64,000 nucleotides of DNA from Dehalococcoidia bacterium (GCA_050011565.1 JBEKIW010000001.1:288001-352000), one strand, 5' to 3'. Positions 40,295 to 51,576 are shown, numbered from the stretch's first letter. Made by a program: numbers and translations. The notes: generated from the letters alone by a model not told the origin.

Positions 40295-41545
40295 ATGGCA
40301 GATTTAAAATTAGGGGGCAAAGAAATACAAAAAATGGAAACTGAAAGGCATCCATCGGTTGAGGTATCTCGCTTACAAACCGCTCTGGAGGAGCTCAAAA
40401 ACTGTGCCACCACTGATTGTAGACCGCCGGCAGAGATGGCGCTGAAAATGGAAGCAGTAGGCGTAAGCAAGGCAAATGGAAATATCTGGACTATCTCACT
40501 TTTGGGAATTCTGGCGGGTTTCTTCATTGGACTGGGGGCTATGTTTGCCACCTTAGTTACCACAGATATCCAGATAGGTTTCGGATTGACCAAACTGGTT
40601 GGGGGCATTGTATTCAGCCTAGGACTGATCCTTGTCGTGGTGGCTGGAGCTGAGCTATTCACCGGCAATGCTCTTATGGTGGGCAGCCGGGCCAGCGGTA
40701 AGATTAGGTTATCACAGTTGTTTAAGAACTGGGGTATTGTCTATTTCACCAATCTTATAGGGTCGCTGTTATTAGTACTCGTAGTTTTTTATAGCCAGTT
40801 CTGGGCGCTAGATGGCTTCAAAGTAGGCGTAAACGCATTATCAATTGCCAACGCCAAAGTAAATCTGGCTTTCTGGCCGGCTTTTGCCCGCGGAATTTTG
40901 TGCAATACACTTGTCTGTCTGGCGGTCTGGCTCTGCTTTAGCGCTCGTTCCACTGTCGATAAAATATTCGCCATCCTGTTCCCTATAACCGCGTTTGTAG
41001 CTTGTGGCTTCGAGCACAGTATAGCTAACATGTACTTCATTCCAATGGGTATAGCTATGGCAGGGCAGGCCAAAGTCCTTGAAGTAGCTGGCCTTACGGC
41101 AAGCCAGGTGACTAATCTCAGTCTTAATGGCTTCATTGGTAATCTGATTCCGGTTACGCTGGGCAACATCGTTGGCGGCACGTTTGTAGGCAGCATTTAC
41201 TGGCTTATATACCTGCGTAAGGATCGTGCTGCTGAAGCAGCGGCTGCCAGGCCCTGGTTGTCAGGCGTGTTTTCTACCTCGCGATTACAAACTGCACCGG
41301 TTGGCTATCCAGACATGGAAACCAAGACTCTTATATCGGTGTTGGCCAGGGCCAGAGATGACTCCAGGTTTATGGCTAGACTTGCTGAGAATCCGAACCG
41401 GGCTCTAAAAGCTTACAGTCTGACACCGGAAGCAAAAGCCGCCTTAGAGAGTGGAGATGTCCGCTGGCTGGAATCCAGAGTGGGTACCCTGGATGAACCG
41501 CTGCGTACCTGGCTCACTTCCAGACTATCCCAAGAAAAATGGTGA
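40295..41545 (+). CDS. Formate/nitrite transporter (FocA/FdhC-like) with C-terminal RLxQEKW domain
   Basis: GAELFTGN, GILCNTLVCLAVW, FEHSIANMY and VTLGNIVGG motifs; extra ~110-aa C-tail. Confidence 0.93.
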   Translation: MADLKLGGKEIQKMETERHPSVEVSRLQTALEELKNCATTDCRPPAEMALKMEAVGVSKANGNIWTISLLGILAGFFIGLGAMFATLVTTDIQIGFGLTKLVGGIVFSLGLILVVVAGAELFTGNALMVGSRASGKIRLSQLFKNWGIVYFTNLIGSLLLVLVVFYSQFWALDGFKVGVNALSIANAKVNLAFWPAFARGILCNTLVCLAVWLCFSARSTVDKIFAILFPITAFVACGFEHSIANMYFIPMGIAMAGQAKVLEVAGLTASQVTNLSLNGFIGNLIPVTLGNIVGGTFVGSIYWLIYLRKDRAAEAAAARPWLSGVFSTSRLQTAPVGYPDMETKTLISVLARARDDSRFMARLAENPNRALKAYSLTPEAKAALESGDVRWLESRVGTLDEPLRTWLTSRLSQEKW

Positions 41546-41562
41546 TAATTCCCCTCTTTTAG

Positions 41563-41598
41563 AAAGGGTGGCAGCTGAAAAGCCGTCACCCTTTTTTT
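41563..41598. terminator. Probable bidirectional terminator between convergent FNT and hydrogenase-protease genes
   Basis: AAAGGGTGGCAGCT-GAAA-AGCCGTCACCCTTTTTTT. Confidence 0.7.
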
Positions 41599-42056
41599 AA
41601 TTCCTTGAGGACCATTTCAACGCAGGTGGGAATTGCTTTTCGAACCTCAGGCGTACATTCCTCGTTGAAGGTGTGCACGTCTGACGCTTCGATGGCGAAG
41701 ATAATAATTTGTTGGGGCAGGGAAAGGCCCAATTTTTTACCAAACTCGAGGGCGGTAGTGAAGTCAATATCGTGTGGAGAGATCGTATGTCGGGCGGCAT
41801 CAAAAGCCTGGGTGTTGAGCCGGTAAATATGGCCTGCTTTTCCACCTACGGTTTGAATGGCGTCGATGATGATGGCTCTGTCATAACCAACTAGCAGGTC
41901 CAGCAGGGCAAGACCGGCTATACCGGTCTCCATAATCGTTACTTCTGGTTGGTTGACTCTATCTTTAAGTTCGGCTGTAACCCTGAGCCCCACTCCGTCA
42001 TCGCAGAGCAGCGGGTTACCCATTCCCAGTATCAGAGTCTTCGTCTTCCCATCCAC
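41586..42056 (-). CDS. Hydrogenase maturation endopeptidase (HyaD/HybD/HycI family)
   Basis: LGMGNPLLCDDGVG, IIDA and SPH motifs. Confidence 0.93.
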   Translation of the reverse strand: MDGKTKTLILGMGNPLLCDDGVGLRVTAELKDRVNQPEVTIMETGIAGLALLDLLVGYDRAIIIDAIQTVGGKAGHIYRLNTQAFDAARHTISPHDIDFTTALEFGKKLGLSLPQQIIIFAIEASDVHTFNEECTPEVRKAIPTCVEMVLKELKKG

Positions 42057-42096
42057 TTAAATTACAAGGCCATTCAAGCCGGCCGTGTTACGGTAG

Positions 42097-43557
42097 CTAG
42101 CGGTTAAGCCTTTCTACCACTTCCCCTTGGCTATTATAGATGACTACCTCCATTGGTGCCTGACCGGGGAGGGTATGAGTAGCACAACCGAAGCACGGGT
42201 CATAAGGCCGCCAGGCCATCTCTATGCGGTTAAGCAGCCCTTCGGTTATCTTTTTGCCCGGTTTTATGAGAGCTTGAGCTGCTTTCTTAACGGACATGCT
42301 CATGGCAGCGACATTATTGACTGTAGCCACGATTAAGTTGGCTTTCTTGATAATACCATTCTCATCGGTAATGTAATGATGCGTAAGAGTGCCTCTGGGA
42401 GCCTCGACTATGCCGACACCTTCATCTGGCCTAGCTGTCGGGATAGTGCGGATATTAGGGCTGGTAATCTCGGGGTCTTTGCTGAGCTCCAGCAATCTTT
42501 CGGCAGCATAGAGTAGCTCAACGAGTCGAGCCCAATGAGTCGCCAGGGTCTGATGGACAGGCTTTCCGCCCAGTGTTGAGTAGAACCTCTCATATTCTGC
42601 CTGCGCCAGAGGAGTTGCCATGCCATCGGCAGCATTAAGCCGGGAAAGAGGAGTCGACCTGAAAACGCCACTGTCCTTGCCGTCAACAAAGCCTTTCCAG
42701 CCGACTTTCTTGAGGTAAGGCATCTTGACATAAGTCCAGGGTTCCACATGTTCGGCAACATTATCGAGATATTCTTTAGATGAATATTTAACAAATTCCT
42801 TGCCGTCGGGGTCAACCACTCTAACCTTGCCATCATAGAAATTCACTCTGTTTTTTTCGTCAACCAGTCCCATATAGTAAGTGTGGTGAGTATAGGCGTC
42901 ACTAAGGACCATATCCAGATATTCTTTGTTCTTAAGGACGATATCGTCAAAAACTTTCAGAGAAAGCTTGGCGAATTCCACTGACTCCTTGGCTATTTGC
43001 TCCACTTCTTTCCTCTCGTCTTCATTAAGACCTTTGCTGACGCCGCCGGGCAAACCGAAGACGGGATGTACCGCTCGCCCGCCAAGCATTTGGATAATGC
43101 GGTGATTTTGCATCCGGGTCTTAATTACGGCTCCGCCCAGTTCCAGTCCCACTTTGGCAATAACTCCCAGAATGTTGCGTTCGGCTACCGGGGCTTCGGG
43201 GCCCATAACAAAGTCGGGACCAGCCAGTATATAAAAATGCGTAGTATGGTCGGTGACAAAGAACGAGCTGTAAAAAAGTTCACGCAGTTTTTTAGCTGGG
43301 CTGGGTGGGTCGACATGGAACACGTCATCTAGGCATTTTGCAGCCGCCATATGGTGTGCTTCAGGACAGACGCCGCAGATTCTCTGGGTTATCTGGGGCA
43401 TGTCCTCGGCTAAACGCCCTTCAGCGAACTTCTCAAAGCCCCTTAGTTCTGGGATTTGAAAGTAGGTATTTTCCACCTCACCGGCGTCATTGAGAAATAT
43501 CTCTATCTTGCCGTGGCCTTCCAGTCTGGTAATAGGGTCTATGGTTATTTTTTTCAT
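42097..43557 (-). CDS. mvhA: [NiFe]-hydrogenase large subunit, MvhA-like (group 3c)
   Basis: TRLEGHG, RICGVC, EAPRG and DPCFGCATH plus cleavable tail; adjacent to mvhGD-hdrA. Confidence 0.93.
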   Translation of the reverse strand: MKKITIDPITRLEGHGKIEIFLNDAGEVENTYFQIPELRGFEKFAEGRLAEDMPQITQRICGVCPEAHHMAAAKCLDDVFHVDPPSPAKKLRELFYSSFFVTDHTTHFYILAGPDFVMGPEAPVAERNILGVIAKVGLELGGAVIKTRMQNHRIIQMLGGRAVHPVFGLPGGVSKGLNEDERKEVEQIAKESVEFAKLSLKVFDDIVLKNKEYLDMVLSDAYTHHTYYMGLVDEKNRVNFYDGKVRVVDPDGKEFVKYSSKEYLDNVAEHVEPWTYVKMPYLKKVGWKGFVDGKDSGVFRSTPLSRLNAADGMATPLAQAEYERFYSTLGGKPVHQTLATHWARLVELLYAAERLLELSKDPEITSPNIRTIPTARPDEGVGIVEAPRGTLTHHYITDENGIIKKANLIVATVNNVAAMSMSVKKAAQALIKPGKKITEGLLNRIEMAWRPYDPCFGCATHTLPGQAPMEVVIYNSQGEVVERLNR

Positions 43558-44513
43558 TTGATTCTTGCCCTCCTTAGTAACGAGTCAGCTAAGCTATATC
43601 GATAGAAAGTACCCACGGGGTCGCGTATGTCAGAAATGATTTTATCTATTTCAGCCGGGTCGTTGGAGTCAATCACTGAGGCTATCCCACTCAGGAAATG
43701 AGCTCCCTGGTCGATTACTCCCTCGACAGGTCCGTAGCAGCCGGTGCAAGGCATATTGGCTTGTGGACATGGTGCTTCGCAGCCACCACGGGTGGCGATG
43801 CCGGCGCACATTAAGCCTTGCTCCAGCAGGCATATTTCCGGCTCTGGAATCATCTCAAAAGTTCGGTAGAATTTCTTAACCTTTTTCACATCTCTCTTCC
43901 GAGGGCAATCATCACATACCGCTTTGGCATTGTGCGTAATCACGGTACCCTTGGGCGGCAATTTGCCTTCGATGAGAGCTTCTAAGGCCAGCCAGGTTGT
44001 CCTGGCTTCAGGGGGACAGCCCGGGATTATATAGTCTATATCTATTGTCTGGCCAAGTGTCTTGACTGTGTCATAGAACTCCGGTATGGTCAACTCACCC
44101 TCCGGAACCTTATATTTTGTCTGGGGTACTACCTTTTCCTTGTTCACTGTTGACGGTGTTTCGAAATAAACCCGGTCGAAAATCGTTTGCCGGTTAAAAA
44201 GATTAGCCAGACCCGGGATTCCACCTTCATAGGCGCAGGCTCCGTACGCTATCACCACTTTCGATTTTTCACGCAGCATCTTGGCCAGGTGTTCCTGCTC
44301 CGAGTTTCTAATTGCGCCGTTAAATAAGCAGACATCTATGCTCTTTGCCGGCATGGCTTCAACATCTTTATATTTGACATCGATAGCTACCGGCCAGAAA
44401 ACGATATCCGCCACCTCGGCTAACTTAAGGATTTTGTCGCCAATTTGGAGCTGAGCAATCTCGCAACCACCGCAGCTTGCCGCCCAGTAGAGTGCTAATT
44501 TCAGCTTAGCCAT
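43554..44513 (-). CDS. mvhG: [NiFe]-hydrogenase small subunit, MvhG-like
   Basis: SCGGCE, GACA..GGIPGL, PGCPP and PCTGCYGP motifs. Confidence 0.93.
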   Translation of the reverse strand: MAKLKLALYWAASCGGCEIAQLQIGDKILKLAEVADIVFWPVAIDVKYKDVEAMPAKSIDVCLFNGAIRNSEQEHLAKMLREKSKVVIAYGACAYEGGIPGLANLFNRQTIFDRVYFETPSTVNKEKVVPQTKYKVPEGELTIPEFYDTVKTLGQTIDIDYIIPGCPPEARTTWLALEALIEGKLPPKGTVITHNAKAVCDDCPRKRDVKKVKKFYRTFEMIPEPEICLLEQGLMCAGIATRGGCEAPCPQANMPCTGCYGPVEGVIDQGAHFLSGIASVIDSNDPAEIDKIISDIRDPVGTFYRYSLADSLLRRARIK

Positions 44514-44934
44514 GTTTTGCCTCCTTGGAGTTCTTATTAAATGGCCCTAAGGCTCTAACCTTTGCTGTCATATCGTCAACTATTGATACGAAGCGGTCTC
44601 CTTCAGAAGCTGATACCCAATCCAGCCGTACTCGCTCTTCCTCAATACCTAGCTGCTCCAGCGTTTTCTTAATCAGGGGCATGCGCCGCATCGTCTTGTA
44701 GTTGCCCTCGACGTAGTGGCAATCACCGGGATGGCAGCCTAAAATCAAAACGCCGTCAGCGCCAAGTTCAAAGGCTTTGGCGACGAAGGTTGGTTCCACC
44801 CGGCCACTACACATGACTCTGATAATGCGAACATTGGGCGAGCATTTCATTCTGGCAGTACCGGCCAAATCAGCGCCCCGATAGGAACACCAGTTACAAC
44901 AGAAGCCGACAATCCTTGGTTCGAAGTTGTTCAT
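44506..44934 (-). CDS. mvhD: MvhD [2Fe-2S] subunit, Cys form
   Basis: [22 protein letters not shown] and WVSASEG motifs. Confidence 0.95.
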   Translation of the reverse strand: MNNFEPRIVGFCCNWCSYRGADLAGTARMKCSPNVRIIRVMCSGRVEPTFVAKAFELGADGVLILGCHPGDCHYVEGNYKTMRRMPLIKKTLEQLGIEEERVRLDWVSASEGDRFVSIVDDMTAKVRALGPFNKNSKEAKHG

Positions 44935-46892
44935 ACTAATACTCCCTCGATTTCTGCCATAATTTCTTCGGTGGTAAAGTGCTTATGTGTTATTGCTGCG
45001 CTAGGGCAAGCGGCGACACAGGTGCCGCAACCCTTACATAGAGCTTCGTTAATTCGAGATACCTCGTCTTTTTCAATAAAGTCAATAGCGTTGTATGGAC
45101 AGAGTAGATTGCAGATTCGGCAGCTGGAGCATTTCTCTTCATCGATGACTGCCACGGCTGCTTCTAGCTCAACTTTACCCTTGCTTATCAAGGCCAAGAC
45201 GCGAGTAGCCGCGGCTGAAGCCTGGGCCACGGTATCAGGTATGTCTTTAGGACTCTGACAGCAGCCAGCGATAAAGACGCCTTCGGTCATAGTTGCTACG
45301 GGGTCAAGCTTAGGATGTCTTTCTATGAAGAAACCATCGGCACCCTGGCTGATGCCGAATTTCTGAGCCACATTCTTGGCGTCAGCGCGGGCTTCCAGGG
45401 CTATACATAGAACGACCATATCAACCGGGATCCGGACAATAGTTCCGAGTAAGCTGTCCTCACCGACGACGATGAGCTTCCCTTTCTCTTCATCGTTTTG
45501 TGCCCTATCTGTGACTTCAGCCGGTTTGCCTCGTATAAAAGTAATGCCTTCTTTGGACAGTCTTTTGTAGAATTCCTCGTAGCCCTTGCCAAAGCAGCGC
45601 ATGTCTATGTACATCTGGTAGACGTCAGCCTTTGTTTTTTCCTTTATGAGATGTGAATATTTGAGAGCATACATGCAGCAGACTCGAGAGCAGTATTCAT
45701 GGTAATTTTCGTCTCGGCTGCCCACACAATGGATTATAGCTATGCTCTTCGGCTCGGAGCCATCTTTAAGGACAATTTTGCCGCCGGTTGGCCCTACGGA
45801 GTTACAGATTCTCTCAAATTCAAGGCCGGTGACAACATTGGGCAATCTGCCGTAACCGTATTTCATAATAGGTGTGGGGTCGAACGGGTCATAGCCAGTG
45901 GTCAAGATTATGTTGCCGACATCTATCTCGGCGATTTTATCTTGCTGCTCAAAATCGATGGCTTCCCTCTCGCAGTACTTTTCGCAAGCACGGCATTTTC
46001 CTTTGAGGAAATAGGCACAGCTCTCCTTGTCTATAACGGGAACATTAGGTACTGCTTGTGCGAAAGGTGTGTAAATAGCTTTTCGCTGGCTCAGGCCGAG
46101 GTCGAACTCGCTATCTGCTTTCCAGGGGCATTTTTCCTGGCAGATACCACAGCCATTGCATTTAGATTCGTCAATAAACCGGGCCTTCTTTCTAACCTTG
46201 ACTTTGAAGTTGCCGATGAAACCGGAAACCTCCTCGACTTCACTATAGGTCATTAATTCGATGTGAGGATGTGAACCTGCGGATGTCATCTTAGGTGTCA
46301 GGATGCAGGCAGAGCAGTCCAGGGTGGGGAAGGTCTTGTCGAATTGAATCATGTGTCCGCCGATGCTAGATTCTCTCTCAACGAGATAAACTTTGTGTCC
46401 GGCATCAGCGATTTCTAATGCCGCCTGGATGCCGGCGATACCGCCACCAACAACTAAGGTGCTCGGATTGACAGGAACCTCCCTTGTCTCCAAGGGTTGA
46501 TGATAATAAACACGTTTTACCGCAGCGCTTACCAGGGCTTTGGCTTTTTCTGTAGCTTCTCCGTGGTCTTCGGTGGTCCAGGAGCAGTGCTCTCTTATAT
46601 TGGCCATCTCAAAGAGGTAAGGATTCATGCCGGCTTCCAGGACAGCATGGCGGAAAGTCGGTTCATGCAGCAGCGGAGAGCAGGAAGCAACCACAACCCG
46701 GTTAAGTTTCAAATTCTTAATATCATCCTTTATCATGCTCTGTCCCGGGTCGGAGCACATGAACTTGTATTCACGGGCAACTGCTACCGCCGGAAGTCCC
46801 TTAACAAACTCAACTACTTGCTGAACATCGACAGTGCCGGCAATATTTGACCCGCAGTGACAGACATAAACACCTATCTTTGGCTTTGCCAT
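44931..46892 (-). CDS. hdrA: Heterodisulfide reductase subunit A, Cys form
   Basis: [36 protein letters not shown] and CSRVCCMY motifs. Confidence 0.95.
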   Translation of the reverse strand: MAKPKIGVYVCHCGSNIAGTVDVQQVVEFVKGLPAVAVAREYKFMCSDPGQSMIKDDIKNLKLNRVVVASCSPLLHEPTFRHAVLEAGMNPYLFEMANIREHCSWTTEDHGEATEKAKALVSAAVKRVYYHQPLETREVPVNPSTLVVGGGIAGIQAALEIADAGHKVYLVERESSIGGHMIQFDKTFPTLDCSACILTPKMTSAGSHPHIELMTYSEVEEVSGFIGNFKVKVRKKARFIDESKCNGCGICQEKCPWKADSEFDLGLSQRKAIYTPFAQAVPNVPVIDKESCAYFLKGKCRACEKYCEREAIDFEQQDKIAEIDVGNIILTTGYDPFDPTPIMKYGYGRLPNVVTGLEFERICNSVGPTGGKIVLKDGSEPKSIAIIHCVGSRDENYHEYCSRVCCMYALKYSHLIKEKTKADVYQMYIDMRCFGKGYEEFYKRLSKEGITFIRGKPAEVTDRAQNDEEKGKLIVVGEDSLLGTIVRIPVDMVVLCIALEARADAKNVAQKFGISQGADGFFIERHPKLDPVATMTEGVFIAGCCQSPKDIPDTVAQASAAATRVLALISKGKVELEAAVAVIDEEKCSSCRICNLLCPYNAIDFIEKDEVSRINEALCKGCGTCVAACPSAAITHKHFTTEEIMAEIEGVLV

Positions 46893-46907
46893 TCTTTTCT
46901 CCTTCGT

Positions 46908-48062
46908 TTACTCCAGTGCCTCTGAGGCTAACTCTAAAATGTCCTTAATCTCGATTTCGTTACCCTTGTCCAAAACCAGTACAGTATCATCGAAATTGAG
47001 CATGCAGTAAGGACAGTAAGCGGCTAAGGTGCCGGCTCCCGTCTCGAGGGCTTGCTCGAGCCTGATGTCAGAAAATCTTTCCCCTTTTTTGGTCTCCATC
47101 CAGATTCTCCCCATGCAACCACCGCCGCAGCACAGGGAATATTCTCGGGAATCCCGCATTTCAACCAATTCCAAACCCGGGATACTATTTAGAATCAACC
47201 TGGGCTCATCATACATACCTTCACGACGTCCTACACAGCAGGTGTCGTGCAGAGTAACTCTTTTGTTTACCGGCTTCGTGAATTTTAATTTTCCTTCTTT
47301 GATGAGGCTGGCTAGTAGTTGAGAAATATGGACTACCTCGAAATTACTTCCAAGCTCGGGGTAATCGTTCTTGAAGGCAAGATAGCAGTGTGGGGAGGTG
47401 ACCACGATCTTCTTAACACCAAGTTCGTTAAAAGCTCTAATGTTAGTCTCCGCCAGGTTGTGCCACAGACTTTCGGCGCCCCCATTTCTGGCGCTCTCAC
47501 CGCAGCAGACTACATTGTTACCCGGGATACCGAAATCTACGTTGGCCTTGTTCATGATATAAACTGCTGCCCGGAGCACCCGCTGGATGCCCAGGTCATA
47601 GGCCTGGTAGCAGCAGGGGAAGTACAAGTATTCGGTCCCTTTGGTATATGTTTTAACCCCAGTGAATTTTGCCCAGTCCATTCGCTTCTCGGGCGGTTCT
47701 CCCAAAGGATTACCCACACTGGCGATGTTTTTAACCGTGATTCGGAATGACTCCGGAGCCTTGCCGGCGCCTACCTCCATGATGACTCTGCGCATTGCCC
47801 TCATAATGTGTGGTACTTCCACTCCACGGGGACACCGCTTAACGCAAGCGTAGCAGTTTGTGCATCTCCACAGGTCTTCATCTTCGAAATCAATTTGGCC
47901 CATCTGCGTTTTGTGGATTAATTTGCGCAGCGAGAAGTCCCTTACCATGTTCCAGGGGCAGACACCGGTGCACAGACCACACTGATAACACAATTCAAGG
48001 GGGTTTCCCCCCTCCTGTAAAATGATATCAGTCGTTTCTTTTGTAGGTACTACTGCTTCCAT
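46908..48062 (-). CDS. HdrD-like (Fe-S dicluster + two CCG domains) oxidoreductase
   Basis: CYQCGLCTGVCP, CTNCYACVKRCP, CCGE and CCGGG..CPYC; AAGGA RBS before ATG 48062. Confidence 0.85.
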   Translation of the reverse strand: MEAVVPTKETTDIILQEGGNPLELCYQCGLCTGVCPWNMVRDFSLRKLIHKTQMGQIDFEDEDLWRCTNCYACVKRCPRGVEVPHIMRAMRRVIMEVGAGKAPESFRITVKNIASVGNPLGEPPEKRMDWAKFTGVKTYTKGTEYLYFPCCYQAYDLGIQRVLRAAVYIMNKANVDFGIPGNNVVCCGESARNGGAESLWHNLAETNIRAFNELGVKKIVVTSPHCYLAFKNDYPELGSNFEVVHISQLLASLIKEGKLKFTKPVNKRVTLHDTCCVGRREGMYDEPRLILNSIPGLELVEMRDSREYSLCCGGGCMGRIWMETKKGERFSDIRLEQALETGAGTLAAYCPYCMLNFDDTVLVLDKGNEIEIKDILELASEALE

Positions 48063-48109
48063 AAATGAATCATTCCTTTCTTCTCTTCTGGCGTTTGGCA
48101 AACCGTAAT

Positions 48110-48145
48110 ATGATACATCATAGAGGCAATTCTTGCAAGAATTGC
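48110..48145 (-). promoter_or_regulatory. Internal promoter with a 20-bp perfect palindromic operator
   Basis: TTGCAA-17 nt-TATCAT on the minus strand; GCAATTCTTGCAAGAATTGC (48126-48145) is centred on the -35. Confidence 0.6.
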
Positions 48146-48321
48146 GCAAGCATTTTGTCTGGCCCGGGTAAATTTTTTTAGGTAATTTTGCGCTGTCCAC
48201 TTAGGATATACGACAACCTTCGTCATTTTGCCAGTATTAGTGAAGCAATAACAGGTGAGTAAGTACAAGCCTCAGGCAAATAGACGAGATGACTGGATTC
48301 AAAGTACGCAGGCAAAATATA

Positions 48322-48729
48322 TCAGCTATGCTGGTTAAAGGGTCCGAGCTTTCTTACTTGCTCGGTCATCTCATTGACGATGGAAGCAAAGCGGTCACCT
48401 TCCGAGGCTGAGACCCAATCCAGTCTGAGCCTACCATCTTCTATGCCGAATTGCCCCAGCATTTTCTTTAGCAATGGTATCCGGCGAGCTTCTTTTACAT
48501 TACCTTCCAGGTAATGACATTCACCGGGATGTCAGCCGCAGACTAGCACTCCGTCTGCCCCCAGCTCGAAGGCCTTAAGGATAAAGGTGGGCTCTACCCG
48601 GCCACTGCACATAACACGGATGACGCGCACGTTAGGTGCGTATTTTTTTCTAGAAGTGCCTGCCAGGTCAGCCGCGGCGTAGGAACACCAGTTGCATAAG
48701 AATCCGACTATTTTGGGCTCGTAGCTCAT
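48322..48729 (-). CDS. mvhD: MvhD, selenocysteine form (UGA at 48532-48534)
   Basis: ...[20 protein letters not shown]...[10 protein letters not shown]...GPFNQHS*. UGA aligns with the Cys of GCHPG in the paralog; SECIS follows. Confidence 0.92.
48498..48516 (-). promoter_or_regulatory. Bacterial SECIS of mvhD(Sec)
   Basis: CATTACCT-GGA-AGGTAATG perfect stem starting 15 nt after UGA; loop starts with G. Confidence 0.8.
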
Positions 48730-50687
48730 ACCATTACTCCTTCTAGCTGTGCCATAATCTGCTTGGCGGTGAAATGCCGACTGGTAATAGCGCCACTGGG
48801 ACAGGTAGCGGCACAGGTGCCGCAACCTTTGCACAGGGCTTCATTGATAATCGATACCTTCTTCTCATCATTAAACGATATTGCAGTATAGGGACAGAGC
48901 GAAATGCAGGTCTTGCATCCGGAACAGAATTCCTCTTCAATGACTGCCGTCGCTGCCTCAATCTCGACTTTGCCTTTACATATCATTGCCATGACTCTGG
49001 CAGCGGCTGCCGATGCTTGGGCTACCGTATCGGGGATATCCTTGGGCCCCTGGCTGCAACCGGCAACGAAAACACCATCTGTGGTGGTGGCTACCGGGTC
49101 AAGCTTGGGGTGCTTCTCCATGAAGAAGCCGTCTCGGCTCCGGCTGATAGAAAATAGCTTGGCTGTTTCGCCGGCATCGGCTCGCGGCTCTAAGGCGGTA
49201 CTCAGAACCACCATGTCTACGGGAAGGCGCCGTTGCCGGCCTATTAATGTATCCTCGCAGGTAACTACAAGCCTGCCCCGTTCTTCAGGGATCTCGGCGA
49301 CATTAGTGACTTCCCCGGCGCGGCCTCGGATGAAGTTTACCCCTTCTTCCTGAAGTCGGTTGTAGAATTCTTCGTAGCCTTTACCAAAACAGCGAAGGTC
49401 AATATAGAGCTGATAGATTTCTGCATCCGGAATCTTTTCCCTTAACAGATGAGAGAACTTAAGCGAATACATACAGCAAACACGAGAACAGTATTCGTGG
49501 TAGTTTAAGTCTCGGCTGCCGATGCAGTGCAGTATGGCTATACTTCGCGGCTGCGAGCCGTCTTTTAAAACTATTTTGCCGCCCGTTGGCCCCGCAGCAC
49601 TGCTCATTCTCTCGAACTGAAATGCAGTGATGACATTATCATATCTCCCATAGCCGAATTGTGACATGGGAGACGGGTCAAAGGAATCAAAGCCAGTGGC
49701 AACAATTATGGAGCCTACATCCAAGTCAACTATTTTCTCTGTTTGCTCGAAGTCGATTGCCTTAGCCTCGCAGAACTTTTCGCAGGCACGGCATTTGCCT
49801 TTGAGGAAATAGGTGCATCGCTCTTTGTCTATGACAGGCACATTCGGCACTGCCTGAGGGAATGGTGTATATATCACCTTTCTTGTACCGACCCCAAAAT
49901 CGAATTCGCTATCCGCTTTCATGGGGCACTTATCCTGGCAGGTGCCACAGCCGGTACATTTAGTTTCGTCTACAAAGCGTGGTTTTTTCCTAATCTTGAC
50001 TTTGAAGTTGCCCACATACCCCGAGACATCGATGACTTCACTATAAGTCATCATCTCTACGTTTTCGTGTGACCTCACCGAGGTCATCTTCGGTGTGAGT
50101 ATTCAGGCGGAACAGTCTAAGGTGGGAAAGGTCTTATCCAGTTGAGCCATGTGCCCGCCGATTGAGGGCTCCCTTTCTACCAGATAAACCTTGTGGCCTG
50201 AGTCGGCGATTTCCAGCGCTGCCTGTATACCGGCAATGCCACCACCGACTACGAGCGTATTAGGATTAAACGGAACCTCTCTGGTTTCCAACGGGATGTG
50301 GTAGAAAACGCGTCTTACCGCGGCGCTGACCAGCGCCTTGGCTTTATCAGTTGCCTTCCCGCCGTCCTCGTGTACCCAGGAGCAGTGTTCACGTATGTTT
50401 GCCATCTCGAAAAGGTATGGATTTAAGCCGGCACTGACTAAAGTCCGCCTGAAGGTTTGTTCATGTAATCTGGGTGAGCATGAGGCTACCACGACGCGGT
50501 TGATGCCCAGTTCCTTTATATCATTCTTTATCAACTCCTGACCGGGGTCTGAGCACATAAATTTGTAATCCCGAGCTATGGCCACTGAAGGCAGGCCTTT
50601 GGCAAACTCGGTTACTTGCTCGACGTTAACCGTGGCAGCGATATTGGCTCCGCAGTGGCAGATATAAACACCTATTTTGGGCTCCAT
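48726..50687 (-). CDS. hdrA: Heterodisulfide reductase subunit A, selenocysteine form (UGA at 50103-50105)
   Basis: ORFs 50103-50687 and 48726-50087 join in frame as DCSA-TGA-ILTPKM. Total 1962 nt, the same length as the Cys paralog; SECIS follows. Confidence 0.93.
50070..50086 (-). promoter_or_regulatory. Bacterial SECIS of hdrA(Sec)
   Basis: TGACCTC-GGT-GAGGTCA perfect stem starting 16 nt after UGA; loop starts at +24, as in mvhD(Sec). Confidence 0.8.
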
Positions 50688-50697
50688 TCGCTCCTCC

Positions 50698-51576
50698 TTA
50701 TCTTTTCGTAATATGTCCGGCTATTACTTTATCGGCCGAGACTATGTTCATTTTCAGCCCCACAGCTTTGCTATCGATACCGAAGGCTACAGCCATAAGC
50801 TGAGTGAAGAACAAAACAGGGAGATGGAAATTCGTTTTAAATTTCCTGTTGAGCAGGCCTTGGTAAGCATCCAGGTTCAGTTGGCAGAACGGGCACACGG
50901 TAGCAATACATTCGGCGCCGTTAGCTACAGCGTTATCGAGAAGTTTGTACATTAATCCCAGTGCAATTTCCTCTTCGGACAGAATAAGGGAACCGCCGCA
51001 GCAGCGAGTTTTCATCGGATAGTTTATGGATTGGGCTCCTAGGCTATCGATAACTCGTTCCAAAGATTGAGGATATTCCGGGTCATCGAAGTTTGGTGTC
51101 GGCCGTACGACCTGGCAGCCATAGTAAGGAGCTACTTTAAGCCCGCCAAGGTCTACCTTTACCTTAGCTTTGACGTCCTCCATGCTGACATCATTGGCAA
51201 AGACATCGAGTATATGTCGCACTTTGACCGTCCCGTGATATTCCAGCCCGCCGGCGGCCAGGGCTTCATTTATTTTCATTTTTATGTCAGGGTATTCCTT
51301 GAAGTGCTGGTCTGTTCTGTTAAGTATGAGGTAGCAATCGCTACAGGCTGCTACCAGGTCAAACCCTCTTTTTTCGGCTAACGCCAAATTGCGGGCGCAG
51401 CAGCAGAAAGCAGATAATTCATCAACCACGGTGTAAGGCGTAGAGCCGCAGCAGTTCCAATCATCTAGCTCGATGAGCTCCATATCTAAAACTTTGGCGA
51501 CAGCTCGGGCCGATGTATCGTACATCGGGCTGTCATCGTGCATGCAGCATCCGGGAAAGTAGCTATAATATTTCAT
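50698..51576 (-). CDS. hdrB: Heterodisulfide reductase subunit B
   Basis: YFPGC, WNCCG, CSDC, YYGCQ, CCGG and CPFCQLNLD motifs. Confidence 0.93.
   Translation of the reverse strand: MKYYSYFPGCCMHDDSPMYDTSARAVAKVLDMELIELDDWNCCGSTPYTVVDELSAFCCCARNLALAEKRGFDLVAACSDCYLILNRTDQHFKEYPDIKMKINEALAAGGLEYHGTVKVRHILDVFANDVSMEDVKAKVKVDLGGLKVAPYYGCQVVRPTPNFDDPEYPQSLERVIDSLGAQSINYPMKTRCCGGSLILSEEEIALGLMYKLLDNAVANGAECIATVCPFCQLNLDAYQGLLNRKFKTNFHLPVLFFTQLMAVAFGIDSKAVGLKMNIVSADKVIAGHITKR

Noticed and set aside
42097-43557. [NiFeSe] hydrogenase
   Set aside because: The C-terminal motif is DPCFGC with Cys codons; there is no in-frame UGA.
48322-50687. hdrA and mvhD as pseudogenes
   Set aside because: The UGAs align with Cys in adjacent paralogs, the frames are intact, and SECIS hairpins sit at matching distance, so selenocysteine explains them.
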